Positions 1 to 10,885 of a DNA stretch of 64,000 nt are shown one piece after another (the stretch's first letter is position 1; the number at the start of each line of letters is the position of its first letter). The position numbers and the translations under genes are program-made. The DNA lies in assembly GCA_963675295.2 (NCBI GenBank), contig CAXXKJ010000002.1, positions 2,240,001 to 2,304,000 of the forward strand. The letters run 5' to 3'. The stretch is from a bacterium (GTDB taxonomy: Bacteria > Electryoneota > Electryoneia > Electryoneales > Electryoneaceae). A model generated the notes under the pieces. The model did not search any database. It was not told where the DNA came from and saw only the letters and a list, made by a program, of their open reading frames with translations.

Positions 1-207
1 TGGTCAGGACAATGGAGGCAGTCTACGGGACATACGTCGAAACTTCGCATTTCTAGAGATTCGCCCTTGTATTAGATTTAGAATCTTCGCATACTATAGG
101 TCTAGGCATCCAATGAGAGTTTGCGTCGTGAACTAAGGGGAACACGAGGCAGATTTTTTCCGCTGTGCTCGCACTGAGATGCCATACCGAAGCGGGGATT
201 GCTGGGG

Positions 208-3200
208 ATGGACAGCGTTACTCAGGAGTCGCAAGTCCTGTCCAAATCACTGAAGTCGTTCCTGGATCGTCTCAAGGATGTTCCGGCGAACGGCTCTGCG
301 TCCACGCGCAGCAATCGTTCCGAAGAGGTCTTCCTCAAAGCATTTCATTCCCATCCAGCCATTCAACTGCTCGTCTCTTCGGTCAACGGCGCGATTGTCG
401 ATGCCAACCAGGCAGCCTGCAGCTTCTACGGCTACACCCACGAAGAATTCGTCACCCGCAACCTGTCCGACATCAGCACGTTGAATTTCACCGCCTTGCG
501 CGAAATGTTCGGCAAGCTGGAGATCGAGAAAACCGACAAGTATGCACTTACGCAACGCATCGCGGAAGGCGAATTGCGTGACGTGACGGCCTACACGCTC
601 GATCTCAACCTCTACGGCCGTTCGCTGCTCTGGCTGACCATCGTCGACGTCACCGAAGAAGCCCGCAACCGCAAGATTCGCGCGCTGCTGCTGGACATCA
701 GCGAGGCGGCGAGTGTCGCCGATGATATTCACGCCTTCATCGGCCTGGTGCGTGACCGGCTGTCCGATTTCCTTGAGACGACGAACTTCTACGTCGCGCT
801 CTACGACGAATCGGAGAACATCTACAACTTCCCGTACTACACGGACGAAGAGGATCCAAGCCCGAAACCCGCGCGATTGCAAGGGTCGATTACCGACTAC
901 ATCCGCCGCACCGGCCGTTCGTTGCTGGTGGACGTTGAATTGGAAGAGCAACTCACCCGCATGGGTGAAATCCACCTGATTGGCTCGCCTTCGGCGGTTT
1001 TCCTCGGGGTTCCGTTGAAGACACCGCACGGAATCATCGGTGTCCTCGCGGTTCAGCACTATCACGACCCGACTGCGTTCAAGGAATCCGACCTCGACCT
1101 GCTCGAATTTGCTTCTGGCCCGATCGCGGTGTTGATCGAACGTCTGCGCGCCGAAAGTGCGTTGCGCGACTCCGAAGCGAACTTCCGCACGTTCATCCGT
1201 GAGAGCGTGCAGGGCATTGTCTTTACCGATCCGAACGATCTGCTGCTGACGGTAAACCGTGAATTCCAACGCATTTTTGGCTATTCCACAGAAGAACTGA
1301 TCGGCCGTCCGAACAACCTCATCGTGCCGAAGGAGTTCATCGACGAAAGCGAAATGCTGGTCATCAAGGCCCGCGACCAGAAGGTGATCAAGCTGGACAC
1401 CGTGCGCCTGGCCAAGGATGGCAGCAACGTCGAAGTGTCGATTATGGGTGTGCCGATTCACCGCGATGGCAAGCACGTTGGCACGTACTGGGTATACCGC
1501 GATCTCACTGACCAGCGCCGGTCGGAAACGCTGCAGACCGTGTTGTACGAGATCACCAAGGCCGCCACGACGCAGGGCGACCTCAACGACGTCATGACCG
1601 TCGTCCACAAGCAGATCTCGAAGCTGATTGAAGCGTCCAACTTCTTCGTCTGCCTTTATGATGAGGAGACGGAAGAATACTACTTCCCGTATTTCGTCGA
1701 CGAACAGGAAGAAATTGATCCGGAACAGCGCTTCAAACTGAAGAATTCGATGACCGACTACATCCGCCGCAACCAGTCAGCGTTACTGCGGACCGAAGCG
1801 GAAGTCGTCGAACTGACCGCCCGCCAGGCAATCCGGACCTATCCGCCGCTCCCGAAATCGTGGCTCGGTGTACAGTTGCGCCGTCCGGACGGTGTCAGCG
1901 GTGTCGTCGTCGTCCAGAGTTACCGCAACGATTACGCGTACGATGAACGCGACCTTGAACTGCTCGAATTTGTTTCCAGCCACATCTCGAGCGTCATCGA
2001 GCATAAGCGTGAACAAGTAGCCTTGATGGCGTCGGAAGAGCGTCACCGTGCCCTCTTCAACCAGTCGCCGGTCGGGGTGCTGCTGTACGATTTCGATTTC
2101 ATCATCACCGACTGCAACGAGCGCCACGCCGAGATCATGGGTGCCGGTTCCCGCGAGGATCTGATCGGAAACGATCTCAGCAACATTCCGCGCAAGGACA
2201 TCCTCACCCTGATGCAACGCGCGCTGAGCGGCATCAACGGGTACTACGAAGGCCCGTATGTTCCGAAACGGCGCGACGATGAGCTGTGGATCTCGCTGAG
2301 CATTTCTCCATACTACGGCGGCGAGCGGCAGATTATCGGCGGCATGGCGGTGGTGATGGACAATACCGAACGCCACCAGGCCGAACAGGAAGCGGAAGTC
2401 CAGCGCGCCTACCAGGAACAGCTGTTCGAAGGTGCGCCGGAAGCGATCATTATCCTCGATACCAATTTGCGCGTGCTGCGGGCAAACCCTGAATTCACCC
2501 GGCTCTTCGGCTATTCCAACGAAGAGGCACAGGGACTGGATCTCGGCCTGCTGATTCTCCCGGAAGGCAAGGACGATGCGCAACGCGGCCAGTATGACGT
2601 GATGCGCAAGGGTGAGATGATTCGTGTCGAGGAAACCAAGTGCAAGCGCCGGGACGGTACCCTGGTCCACGTTTCTATGCTCGGTACGCCGATCGTCATT
2701 GATAACGAAGTCGCAGGCATCTACGCGATCTACCGCGACATCACCCGCCGCAAGCAGGCCAACGACGAGCTCGCAGCCGAAAAGGAACGCCTGGCGGTGA
2801 CCCTCGGGTCGCTCGGCGAAGGCGTGATCACCACCGACATTGACGGTCGCGTCGCGATGATCAACGAGCAGGCGAGCAAGATGACCGGCTGGACCCCGGA
2901 CCTCGCCATCGGCCAGGATTTCGAAATCGTCTTCCCATTACGGGAAGAACAAACCGGCGCCGTCATCGACAGCCCGGTCTACCGCGTCATCGAGTCTGGT
3001 GTGCACGAACGTTGGACACGCGAATGCATCCTCTACACCCGTGACGGCGGCCAGGTACTCATCGTCGGGAACGCCACCCCGGTCCACAACAAGCTGGATG
3101 AAGTCATCGGCGCGGTGGTCGTCTTTCGCGATGTCACCCAGCAACGCAAGATGGAAGAGGAAGTGGCGAAGATTGAGCGCCTCGAATCCATCGGTGTGCT

Positions 3201-4296
3201 CGCCGGCGGCATCGCGCACGACTTCAACAACATCCTCTCCGCCGTGCTCGGCAACATCAGCATCGCCCGCATGGTGCAGGACAATCCCGAGTTCATCGGC
3301 CAACGGCTCGAGGACGCGGAAAAAGCGACTTTGCGCGCCCGTGAACTGACCCAGCAGCTGCTCACCTTCTCCAAGGGTGGCCAGCCGATTCGTAAGGCCG
3401 CCGACCTCGCCGACCTGATCCGCGAATCGGTCGACTTCACCTTGCGCGGGTCGAACGTTCGCGGCGAGATCAAGATTGACGCCGACCTCTGGCCGTCCGA
3501 AATCGACGAGAGCCAGATCAACCGCGTGATCAACAACCTCGTCATCAACGCCAACCAGGCGATGCCCGAGGGCGGCAACCTGTTTGTCCGGGCGATCAAC
3601 GACGTTGTCACTGAAGATATGGTCCTTCCCCTGGATCCGGGACGGTATGTCCGCATCGACGTCGAAGACGATGGTCCCGGCATGTCGGAAGAAGTGGTCG
3701 GGCGTATCTTCGACCCGTTCTTCACCACCAAATCGAAGGGTTCCGGCCTCGGTCTCGCGACTTCATTCTCCATCATTCAGAAGCACGACGGCCTGCTGAC
3801 CGTCCAGTCCGAAATCGGCATTGGCACAACCTTCTCGATCTACCTGCCGGCATCCGACAAGCAGGTCGAGAAGACCGAAACAGATCGTGAAATTCCCGCG
3901 CGCGGCAGCGGACGGGTGCTGGTGATGGACGACGAAGAGTCGGTGCGTGAAGTCGCCGTCGTCATGCTCGGCAACCTCGGATTCGACGCGCTCGCGGTCG
4001 GCGACGGGGAAGAGGCGCTGCTCGCCTACCAGGACGCCAAGGAGAGCGGGATGCCGTTCGACGTCGTGATCATGGACCTCACCATCCCCGGCGGCATGGG
4101 CGGCGAAGAGACCATCCGCAAGCTGCGCGAGTACGATCCGGAGGTTCGTGCAATCGTTTCCAGCGGCTACTCCAACGATCCGGTCATGGCCGCGCACAAG
4201 GATCACGGCTTCTGCGGCGTGATGGCCAAACCGTACCTCGTCAACGACCTCCAGCGTGTTCTCTTCGACGTCCTGCACCCCGCGTCCATGAACTGA
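208..4296 (+). CDS. Hybrid sensor histidine kinase/response regulator (multiple PAS and two GAF domains, HisKA, HATPase, REC)
   Basis: H-box LAGGIAHDFNNIL; N-box NLVINANQAM; G-boxes DDGPGM and FFTTKSKGSGLGL; C-terminal REC (VLVMDDE, DVVIMDLTIPG, KPY); repeated PAS/GAF modules. ATG at 208 chosen over the TTG at 199. Confidence 0.95.
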   Translation: MDSVTQESQVLSKSLKSFLDRLKDVPANGSASTRSNRSEEVFLKAFHSHPAIQLLVSSVNGAIVDANQAACSFYGYTHEEFVTRNLSDISTLNFTALREMFGKLEIEKTDKYALTQRIAEGELRDVTAYTLDLNLYGRSLLWLTIVDVTEEARNRKIRALLLDISEAASVADDIHAFIGLVRDRLSDFLETTNFYVALYDESENIYNFPYYTDEEDPSPKPARLQGSITDYIRRTGRSLLVDVELEEQLTRMGEIHLIGSPSAVFLGVPLKTPHGIIGVLAVQHYHDPTAFKESDLDLLEFASGPIAVLIERLRAESALRDSEANFRTFIRESVQGIVFTDPNDLLLTVNREFQRIFGYSTEELIGRPNNLIVPKEFIDESEMLVIKARDQKVIKLDTVRLAKDGSNVEVSIMGVPIHRDGKHVGTYWVYRDLTDQRRSETLQTVLYEITKAATTQGDLNDVMTVVHKQISKLIEASNFFVCLYDEETEEYYFPYFVDEQEEIDPEQRFKLKNSMTDYIRRNQSALLRTEAEVVELTARQAIRTYPPLPKSWLGVQLRRPDGVSGVVVVQSYRNDYAYDERDLELLEFVSSHISSVIEHKREQVALMASEERHRALFNQSPVGVLLYDFDFIITDCNERHAEIMGAGSREDLIGNDLSNIPRKDILTLMQRALSGINGYYEGPYVPKRRDDELWISLSISPYYGGERQIIGGMAVVMDNTERHQAEQEAEVQRAYQEQLFEGAPEAIIILDTNLRVLRANPEFTRLFGYSNEEAQGLDLGLLILPEGKDDAQRGQYDVMRKGEMIRVEETKCKRRDGTLVHVSMLGTPIVIDNEVAGIYAIYRDITRRKQANDELAAEKERLAVTLGSLGEGVITTDIDGRVAMINEQASKMTGWTPDLAIGQDFEIVFPLREEQTGAVIDSPVYRVIESGVHERWTRECILYTRDGGQVLIVGNATPVHNKLDEVIGAVVVFRDVTQQRKMEEEVAKIERLESIGVLAGGIAHDFNNILSAVLGNISIARMVQDNPEFIGQRLEDAEKATLRARELTQQLLTFSKGGQPIRKAADLADLIRESVDFTLRGSNVRGEIKIDADLWPSEIDESQINRVINNLVINANQAMPEGGNLFVRAINDVVTEDMVLPLDPGRYVRIDVEDDGPGMSEEVVGRIFDPFFTTKSKGSGLGLATSFSIIQKHDGLLTVQSEIGIGTTFSIYLPASDKQVEKTETDREIPARGSGRVLVMDDEESVREVAVVMLGNLGFDALAVGDGEEALLAYQDAKESGMPFDVVIMDLTIPGGMGGEETIRKLREYDPEVRAIVSSGYSNDPVMAAHKDHGFCGVMAKPYLVNDLQRVLFDVLHPASMN

Positions 4297-4626
4297 CCTC
4301 GTGGCGAAATCACGGCCATGAGCTCACAAAGCGTACTCCTTCAGCCAGCCAGACCTGTTGCATCCATTCCGTAGCATGAACCGTACATTGCCATCTGATG
4401 ATGGGAAGCTTGCTTTCGCCTTGGTCTTCCAGCCTGAACAGATGGAGTGAGTGACCGACTTGAAACGTGTTGTCAGCCTCATGTGAGACGTTCATGAGGA
4501 CGGAACGATTCAGTGTGAACGAAACTCGTTTTTGGGAAAACCGTCTCTCTTGGCGTACAGGCTTGTATTTCGCTACATTCATGGGTTCTGGTCGAGAGAA
4601 TCTCAGGCAAAGCAAGGGAGTCCCGG

Positions 4627-5040
4627 GTGTCCGGAAATCGCAGGGTACGTGTGGTGTTGGCCAAGCCCGGTCTGGACGGGCATGATCGTGGTGCGAAGGT
4701 GTTGGCGGCGGCGTTTCGTGATGCCGGTTTCGAGGTGATCTACCTCGGGCTGCGGCAGACACCGGAGAGTATCGTCGAGGCAGCGTTGCAGGAGGACGCC
4801 GACGTGATCGCGTTGTCCATCCTTTCCGGCGCGCACATGACGCAGTTCCCGCGCACGCTCGAGGTGATGAAGGAGAAGGGGCTCGAGGACGTTCTGCTCA
4901 CCGGCGGCGGGATCATTCCGGATGAGGACATCGAGACGTTAATGGAGATGGGTACCGGCCGTCTGTTCGGGCCGGGGACACCGCTTCCGGAACCGATCGA
5001 GTACATTCGTGAATGGGTCGCTGCGAACCGGCCGGACTAA
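4627..5040 (+). CDS. Cobalamin (B12)-binding domain protein, methylmalonyl-CoA mutase small-subunit type
   Basis: [12 protein letters not shown] (DxHxxG), LSILSGAH and GGIIP motifs. Confidence 0.95.
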   Translation: MSGNRRVRVVLAKPGLDGHDRGAKVLAAAFRDAGFEVIYLGLRQTPESIVEAALQEDADVIALSILSGAHMTQFPRTLEVMKEKGLEDVLLTGGGIIPDEDIETLMEMGTGRLFGPGTPLPEPIEYIREWVAANRPD

Positions 5041-5048
5041 GAGTACTC

Positions 5049-5097
5049 AAGTACAAAGTACAAAGTACAAAGTACAAAGTACAAAGTACAAAGTACA
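5049..5097. repeat. Perfect heptamer tandem repeat (AAGTACA)x7
   Basis: Read directly, starting just after the stop codon at 5040. Confidence 0.95.
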
Positions 5098-5190
5098 AGA
5101 AGTTAAGTAGTATTTGGTGTTCAGGTCGTATTAGACGTGTATGGATCCTTTTCGCATTTATGTTTAGCCTCTGTGCCTTTATCTTTTAAT

Positions 5191-5330
5191 CTCTTACTGT
5201 CTTTTACTGTCTTTTACTGTCTTTTCCTATCAGTTCCTATTTTTTACTATCAGTTCCTGTCTTTTACTATCTGTTACTTTCTTTTACTTGTTTTCGACTT
5301 TCGACTTTCTATCGACTTACATACGACTTC
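5191..5330. repeat. Degenerate 10-mer tandem array (consensus about CTTTTACTAT), then TTTCGAC heptamers
   Basis: cttttactgt cttttactgt cttttcctat cagttcctat tttttactat cagttcctgt cttttactat..., AT-rich, upstream of yebC. Confidence 0.8.
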
Positions 5331-5346
5331 TTTTCAGGAGTGAGGG

Positions 5347-6102
5347 ATGTCCGGACATTCAAAATGGTCAACGATCAAGCGCAAGAAGGGTGCTGCTGAC
5401 GCTGCCCGCGCCCGGGTGTTTACCAAGTTGATCAAGGAAATCACGGTTGCCGCGCGCATGGGCGGCGGTGATCCTGATGCGAACCCCCGGCTGCGTCTCG
5501 CCATCGACAAGGGCAAGCAGGCGAACATGCCGTTGCAGAACGTTGAGCGCGCGATCAAGAAGGGCACCGGCGAACTCGAGGGCGTGGCGTACGAGGAAGT
5601 GACGTACGAGGGCTACGGTCCCGGCGGCGCGGCGGTGATTGTTGAGGCGATTACCGACAACCGCAACCGCACCGTCAGCGAAATCCGTCACCTGTTTAGC
5701 AAGCTGGGCGGGAATCTGGCGGAGACGAACGCCGTTGCGTTCATGTTCGACCGCAAGGCGGTGGTCGAGCTCGAACCCGGCGACAAGACGGAAGATGACG
5801 TTATGGAAGCCGCGCTGGAAGCGGGCGCGGAGGATGTCGTGATGGAGGATGACGGTACGTTCACCGTCACCGGCGAGCCGAATTTGCTGAACGATCTGAA
5901 GGACGCGTTGGAGGCGATCGGCGTCAACATCACCAGCGCGGAATCGACCCTCGTGCCGCAGAATTACATGGATGTGGACGAGAAGCACGCCGGCACGCTG
6001 CTCAAGATGATGGAGCAGTTGGACGACCACGACGACGTGCAGAAGGTCTACTCGAACTTCGACATCAGCGAGGAACTGCTCGAGAAGCTGGCGGAAGAGT
6101 AG
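5347..6102 (+). CDS. yebC: YebC/PmpR family protein
   Basis: MSGHSKWSTIKRKKG, YEGYGPGG, TDNRNRT, DDVQKVYSN. Confidence 0.97.
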   Translation: MSGHSKWSTIKRKKGAADAARARVFTKLIKEITVAARMGGGDPDANPRLRLAIDKGKQANMPLQNVERAIKKGTGELEGVAYEEVTYEGYGPGGAAVIVEAITDNRNRTVSEIRHLFSKLGGNLAETNAVAFMFDRKAVVELEPGDKTEDDVMEAALEAGAEDVVMEDDGTFTVTGEPNLLNDLKDALEAIGVNITSAESTLVPQNYMDVDEKHAGTLLKMMEQLDDHDDVQKVYSNFDISEELLEKLAEE

Positions 6103-6131
6103 CCAGATGGCGCCGGAAGTGCCGCGAGTGT

Positions 6132-6163
6132 AACGGGACCGATTCAGAGTCGGTCCCGTTTTC
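6132..6163 (+). terminator. Intrinsic terminator after yebC
   Basis: Stem AACGGGACCGA / TCGGTCCCGTT followed by T residues. Confidence 0.7.
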
Positions 6164-6291
6164 GGTTTGCGCCGGACAACCCGGCAGTGGGTATGTTCCG
6201 TGGAACTTCCGGTCTCTTTCGCCGTGCGTGCATCAGGCCTGTCGTTCTTCACCTGTCAATTTTCACTTGCTCAACCACTTGGGATCCTGAA

Positions 6292-8127
6292 ATGAAGCTG
6301 CTCCACGCCGTACGCCTCCACCTGCTACCACTGCTACTTCTTCTGCTGTTGTCCGTCGGCTGTACGCAGAACAATTCCCGTCAGCTGCGGAAAGATGTCG
6401 ACACCTTTCTCGCTGACTACAGCGGTCGTTATGTCAAGTTATACACCGAAAATGAGTCTGCAAAGTGGCAGGCGAATGTGATGATCGTGCCAGATGACAA
6501 TACAAATGCGGAACGAGCCAACGCTGCCGCGGAAGCGCTGGCGGACTTCACTGGTTCGCAGGAAAATGTTGCACTGGTCACCGACTTTCTCACGCACGCC
6601 GATAAGCTGAGCAACCTGCAACGGCGGCAGCTGGAAACGATCCTCTACATGGCGGGCAATAATCCGGCGACGGCGGGTGAACTTGTCGAGCGCCGTATCG
6701 AAGCGGAGACTGCGCAGAACGAGGCGCTATACGGATTCGAGTTCACTGTGAACGGCAAGTCGATCACGGCCAACGAGATCGACCAGATCCTGCGTGAATC
6801 GTCCAACCTCAACGAACGATTGCGGGTGTGGAAATCATCAAAAGAGGTGGGCATCGGCCTGAAGGACGGCCTGGCGAATCTCGCCCAGTTGCGCAATGGC
6901 ACCGTGCAGGCGTTGGGGTACGAGGATTTTTTTCAGTACATGGCGTCTGATTACGACATGAGCACGGAGGAGTTACTCGCGTTAACTGATCAGCTCAATG
7001 AAGAGCTGCGTCCGCTCTACCGGGAACTGCACACCTGGGCGCGGTACGAGCTTGCGAAACGTTACCATCAACCGGTCCCGGAACAACTTCCCGCGCATTG
7101 GCTGCCCAACCGTTGGGGGCAGGAATGGTCACCGATACTGACAGTCGACGGCCTGGATCTGGATGCGGCGTTGCAGGGGAAGAGCGCGGAATACATCGTG
7201 CATGCCGGTGAGGACTTTTACGTCAGCCTCGGCTATCCGGAACTCCCGGAAACGTTCTGGCAGCGCTCATCGTTGTATCCCGTTCAGCAGAGCGTCAAGT
7301 ACACGAAGAACAACCACGCATCCGCCTGGCACATCGACCTCGAGAATGACGTCCGCTGCCTGATGAGTGTTGAACCGGACGCCGACTGGTGGGAAACGGT
7401 ACACCACGAGTTCGGGCATGTCTACTACTATCTGGCGTATTCAAACTCAGACGTACCGCCGTTGCTACGCGATGGTGCGAACCGTGCCTTCCACGAGGCC
7501 ATCGGCAGCCTGCTCGGATTTGCGAGTAAGCAGCAACCGTTCCTCGCCGGTCGCGGGTTGGTATCGGCAGATGCCCAGGTCGATCCGATGCAGTCGTTGC
7601 TCAAGGAAGCGCTGCTCAATGTCGTGTTCATCCCGTGGTCGGCGGGGGTGATGACGCAATTTGAACACGCCCTGTACGCGGACAACCTGGCCGAGGACCA
7701 CTTCAACGAATACTGGTGGCGGTTGAAGCTGGAGTATCAGGGCATTGTCCCGCCCGAACCGCGTGGGGAAGAGTTTTGCGACGCTGCGTCCAAGACCCAC
7801 ATCAATAATCATCCAGCGAGTTATTACGATTACGCGTTATCCGAGGTGTTGCTGCACCAGCTGCATGATTACATCGCGACAACGATCCTGAAGCAGGATC
7901 CGCACTCGACCGATTACTTCGGCAGCACCGAGTCCGGTGAGTTCCTCTGGTCGATTCTCGAGAAGGGGGCGACGGTGGATAGCGACGAGTTGTTGCGGGA
8001 AAAGACGGGTTCTGAACTGTCGGCGTCCGCGATGCTGGAGTATTACGAACCGCTGTACGAGTGGTTGGTCGTGCAGAACAAGGGCCGCACCGATACGTTA
8101 CCCGAGCTCAACGATCTGGTGTATTGA
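6292..8127 (+). CDS. M2 family metallopeptidase (peptidyl-dipeptidase A/ACE-like), probable lipoprotein
   Basis: HHEFGH zinc motif, downstream GANRAFHEAIG, HASAW motif; N-terminal LLLLSVGC lipobox. Confidence 0.9.
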   Translation: MKLLHAVRLHLLPLLLLLLLSVGCTQNNSRQLRKDVDTFLADYSGRYVKLYTENESAKWQANVMIVPDDNTNAERANAAAEALADFTGSQENVALVTDFLTHADKLSNLQRRQLETILYMAGNNPATAGELVERRIEAETAQNEALYGFEFTVNGKSITANEIDQILRESSNLNERLRVWKSSKEVGIGLKDGLANLAQLRNGTVQALGYEDFFQYMASDYDMSTEELLALTDQLNEELRPLYRELHTWARYELAKRYHQPVPEQLPAHWLPNRWGQEWSPILTVDGLDLDAALQGKSAEYIVHAGEDFYVSLGYPELPETFWQRSSLYPVQQSVKYTKNNHASAWHIDLENDVRCLMSVEPDADWWETVHHEFGHVYYYLAYSNSDVPPLLRDGANRAFHEAIGSLLGFASKQQPFLAGRGLVSADAQVDPMQSLLKEALLNVVFIPWSAGVMTQFEHALYADNLAEDHFNEYWWRLKLEYQGIVPPEPRGEEFCDAASKTHINNHPASYYDYALSEVLLHQLHDYIATTILKQDPHSTDYFGSTESGEFLWSILEKGATVDSDELLREKTGSELSASAMLEYYEPLYEWLVVQNKGRTDTLPELNDLVY

Positions 8128-8152
8128 GTCGTCTCACGATGCACGATTGGGT

Positions 8153-8183
8153 GGCCCGGGTCGTCTCGCGACCCGGGTTTCTT
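8153..8183. terminator. Hairpin/terminator between convergent genes
   Basis: CCCGGGTCG / CGACCCGGG stem followed by TTTCTT. Confidence 0.6.
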
Positions 8184-8276
8184 CATGTTCTCTTGCCCGT
8201 GTTGGCTTCGACAACGCGGTTGATCCCAGGCTAGAATCCTTGGAATATGTTTAGCATTCGAGCCCCGAGCCCATCA

Positions 8277-10664
8277 CTATTCCGCCCTTAGCACCATCGC
8301 TGGCCGGGTCCGAGCGGCCCGCCACGCCTGCCACGATACCGTGAGCATCGTAATCGCCATCGCGATCAGGGCGGCCATCACGAACGGCAGCGCGGTCAGA
8401 TCGATCCGATACACGAACTCTTCCAGCCACCGTTGCATGCCGAAATACGCCAATGGGGCGGAGATCACGCTGGCGATCAGCACCAGTTTGAGGAATTCGA
8501 CGGCGAGCATCCCGAGGATCCGTCCCTCGCCTGATCCCAGCACCTTCCTCACCGCAATTTCTTTCCGTCGGGTTTCGGCGGCGTACGCGGACAGCCCGAG
8601 CAGGCCCAGGCAGGCGATCACGATGGCCAGCACGCTGAACCCACGCACCACGTTCGCGAAATTCCGGTCGTCTTGGTAAAGGTCGTTGAACTCGTCATCA
8701 AGGAAAGTGAATTCGAATGGTTGCCCTTCGATCACCTCGTTGTACACCTTTTGAATCGCGGCGATTCCCTGGTGCACCTGTCCCGCACGCAGACGCACAG
8801 TCACCACTCCGCCGCCGTCCGGATCGTACCAGAACACCATCGGTTCGATCTGGTGTTTCATGCTGGCGAAATGGTAATTCTGCACCACGCCGACAACGGT
8901 GAACTCCTGCCGAGCGGAATCCGGCCCGGTGTACATGTGCATTCCGACCGGATCATCCCAGTTCAGGTGTTTCGCGGCGGCTTCGTTGATCAGAATCGAG
9001 CTGGTTGTGTCCGCGCCGAATTCGGGGGAGAAGTTGCGCCCGTCCACCAGTCCGATCTGCAGGTTGTCAAGGAACTTATCATCGATGGTCACCGCGCTGA
9101 CGATCCATGTTGACTCCTCGTCGACACCTTCCGGATCGATCCCCGTGCGGCCGTGCGTACGTCCCGGAACGTTGGTCGACGCCGAGATCGACACGACGTC
9201 CGGCAGTTTCGCCAGCTGTTCCATCAGCACCGGACGCAACGGTCCGAACTGCTGCCCGCCAACAGTGAAGGTGAGCACGTTCTCACGGTTATACCCCGGA
9301 TTCATCTTGCGGATGAACTGCAGTTGCTGGCTGACGATCAGCGTGCCTGCGATCAACGCGACCGAGACCGTAAACTGCCCCACAACCAGGATTTGACGCA
9401 GCCGTACACCGCCCTTGCCACTGCGGTATTCGCCCTTCAGAACCGTCACGGGCTTGAAGCTGGACAGCACCACCGCCGGGTAGAACCCCGCCAGTACTCC
9501 GACGAAGATGCCGAACCCGATCAGCGTGGGCGCGACCACCGGGTTGGTCAGAATGTCAAGTGTCAGGCTTTTCTGGAAGAAATTGTTCAACGTTGGCAGC
9601 AGCAGCTCCACTGCAACCACCGCAATGATTGTCGCGATCAACGTTGTCAGAATCGATTCACCGAGGAACTGGACGATCATCTCCCGCCGGCGCGCACCGA
9701 CCACCTTCCGCATCCCGACTTCCCGTGCCCGTTTCAAGGACCGCGCGGTGGACAGGTTCATGAAGTTGAACGCCGCGATCAGCAACACGAACACTCCGAT
9801 CACCAGCAACGCGTACACCTGCGTGATGTCGCTCTTGGCGCTGTTGTAATCGTACAGCATGTGCGCGGATTTCAGGTGAATGTCGAGCAGCGGCTGGATT
9901 TTCGGTTCCCAGACATCAACTTCGCCATTTTCCGCCCACAACCGCTGCGCTTCCGCCTCAACATGCGCCAGGTCCGCGCCCGGCTTTAGCAGCAGGTATC
10001 CGATCGCCGCCAGGCTGTTCCAATTGGTCAGCCATTGCTCAAAATCTTCGGTTTCGTGCAGCGAAAAGATGGCGTCATACTGCAGATGGGAATTGTTCGG
10101 ACAGTCGGCGACAATCCCGGCGACACGGACTTCGTTCTGCGGACCGCCGACAGTGATCGTCTGCCCGATCGGATCGTCGTCACCGAACAGCTTGTGCGCC
10201 ATTTCCGGGGTCAGCAGGATGACGTCCGGTTCGGAGAGGACCGTCGCACGATCTCCGCGAATCAACTCGAAGTCGAAGATGTTGAAGAATTCTGGTCCGG
10301 CGGCGAGCAGGTGTTCGGTCATTACCGCGTGTTCCGGATCGCGTTGCAACGGGGCCTGGCCCCAGTGCGACACACGCACCGCGTCCTCGACCTCCGGCAC
10401 GACTTCCTTCATCTTCGCAGGCATCGGCGGGTTGGTAATCCCGACATAGCTGCTGGTTACGCCTGCCGCGTGGTCGATCGTATACTGCCGGACAATGCGG
10501 TCCGCCTTGCTGTGCATCCGGTCGTAGGAGAGGTCGTCGTACACGTACAGCGTGATCACCATGCACACCGTCAACCCGAGTGCGAAGCCGAGGATGTTGA
10601 TCAGGCTGTAGAGTTTGTTGCGTCCCAGTTGACGCAGGGCGACCAGCAGATAATTCCGGATCAT
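8277..10664 (-). CDS. ABC transporter permease, MacB/FtsX family (duplicated, about 800 aa)
   Basis: MIRNYLLVALRQL..YSLINILG; NFMNLSTARSLKRAREVGMRKVVGA; RRKEIAVRKVLGS. Confidence 0.93.
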   Translation of the reverse strand: MIRNYLLVALRQLGRNKLYSLINILGFALGLTVCMVITLYVYDDLSYDRMHSKADRIVRQYTIDHAAGVTSSYVGITNPPMPAKMKEVVPEVEDAVRVSHWGQAPLQRDPEHAVMTEHLLAAGPEFFNIFDFELIRGDRATVLSEPDVILLTPEMAHKLFGDDDPIGQTITVGGPQNEVRVAGIVADCPNNSHLQYDAIFSLHETEDFEQWLTNWNSLAAIGYLLLKPGADLAHVEAEAQRLWAENGEVDVWEPKIQPLLDIHLKSAHMLYDYNSAKSDITQVYALLVIGVFVLLIAAFNFMNLSTARSLKRAREVGMRKVVGARRREMIVQFLGESILTTLIATIIAVVAVELLLPTLNNFFQKSLTLDILTNPVVAPTLIGFGIFVGVLAGFYPAVVLSSFKPVTVLKGEYRSGKGGVRLRQILVVGQFTVSVALIAGTLIVSQQLQFIRKMNPGYNRENVLTFTVGGQQFGPLRPVLMEQLAKLPDVVSISASTNVPGRTHGRTGIDPEGVDEESTWIVSAVTIDDKFLDNLQIGLVDGRNFSPEFGADTTSSILINEAAAKHLNWDDPVGMHMYTGPDSARQEFTVVGVVQNYHFASMKHQIEPMVFWYDPDGGGVVTVRLRAGQVHQGIAAIQKVYNEVIEGQPFEFTFLDDEFNDLYQDDRNFANVVRGFSVLAIVIACLGLLGLSAYAAETRRKEIAVRKVLGSGEGRILGMLAVEFLKLVLIASVISAPLAYFGMQRWLEEFVYRIDLTALPFVMAALIAMAITMLTVSWQAWRAARTRPAMVLRAE

Positions 10665-10885
10665 GTCCCAGTTCCTCGTTCCTGTCGCTCGATTGTGACG
10701 GACCCATCAGATGATACAAGGCAACCGCTGTGCCAACGGGGAAGGGAGGTGTGACGGTCGAAATTCTCAGGTAGTACAGGGGTAATCGCGGATCATGGCA
10801 CCGGTTTGCTGCGAGAACCGTCCGCCAGCGGACAGTGTTCGTCCGATGGTGGACAGGGGAAAGGACTACGATCTGTGGAAGAGCT

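Noticed and set aside
4913-5343. Short ORFs 4913-5098 (-) and 5137-5343 (+)
   Set aside because: They are translations of the tandem repeats (LYFVLCT and similar), not credible proteins.
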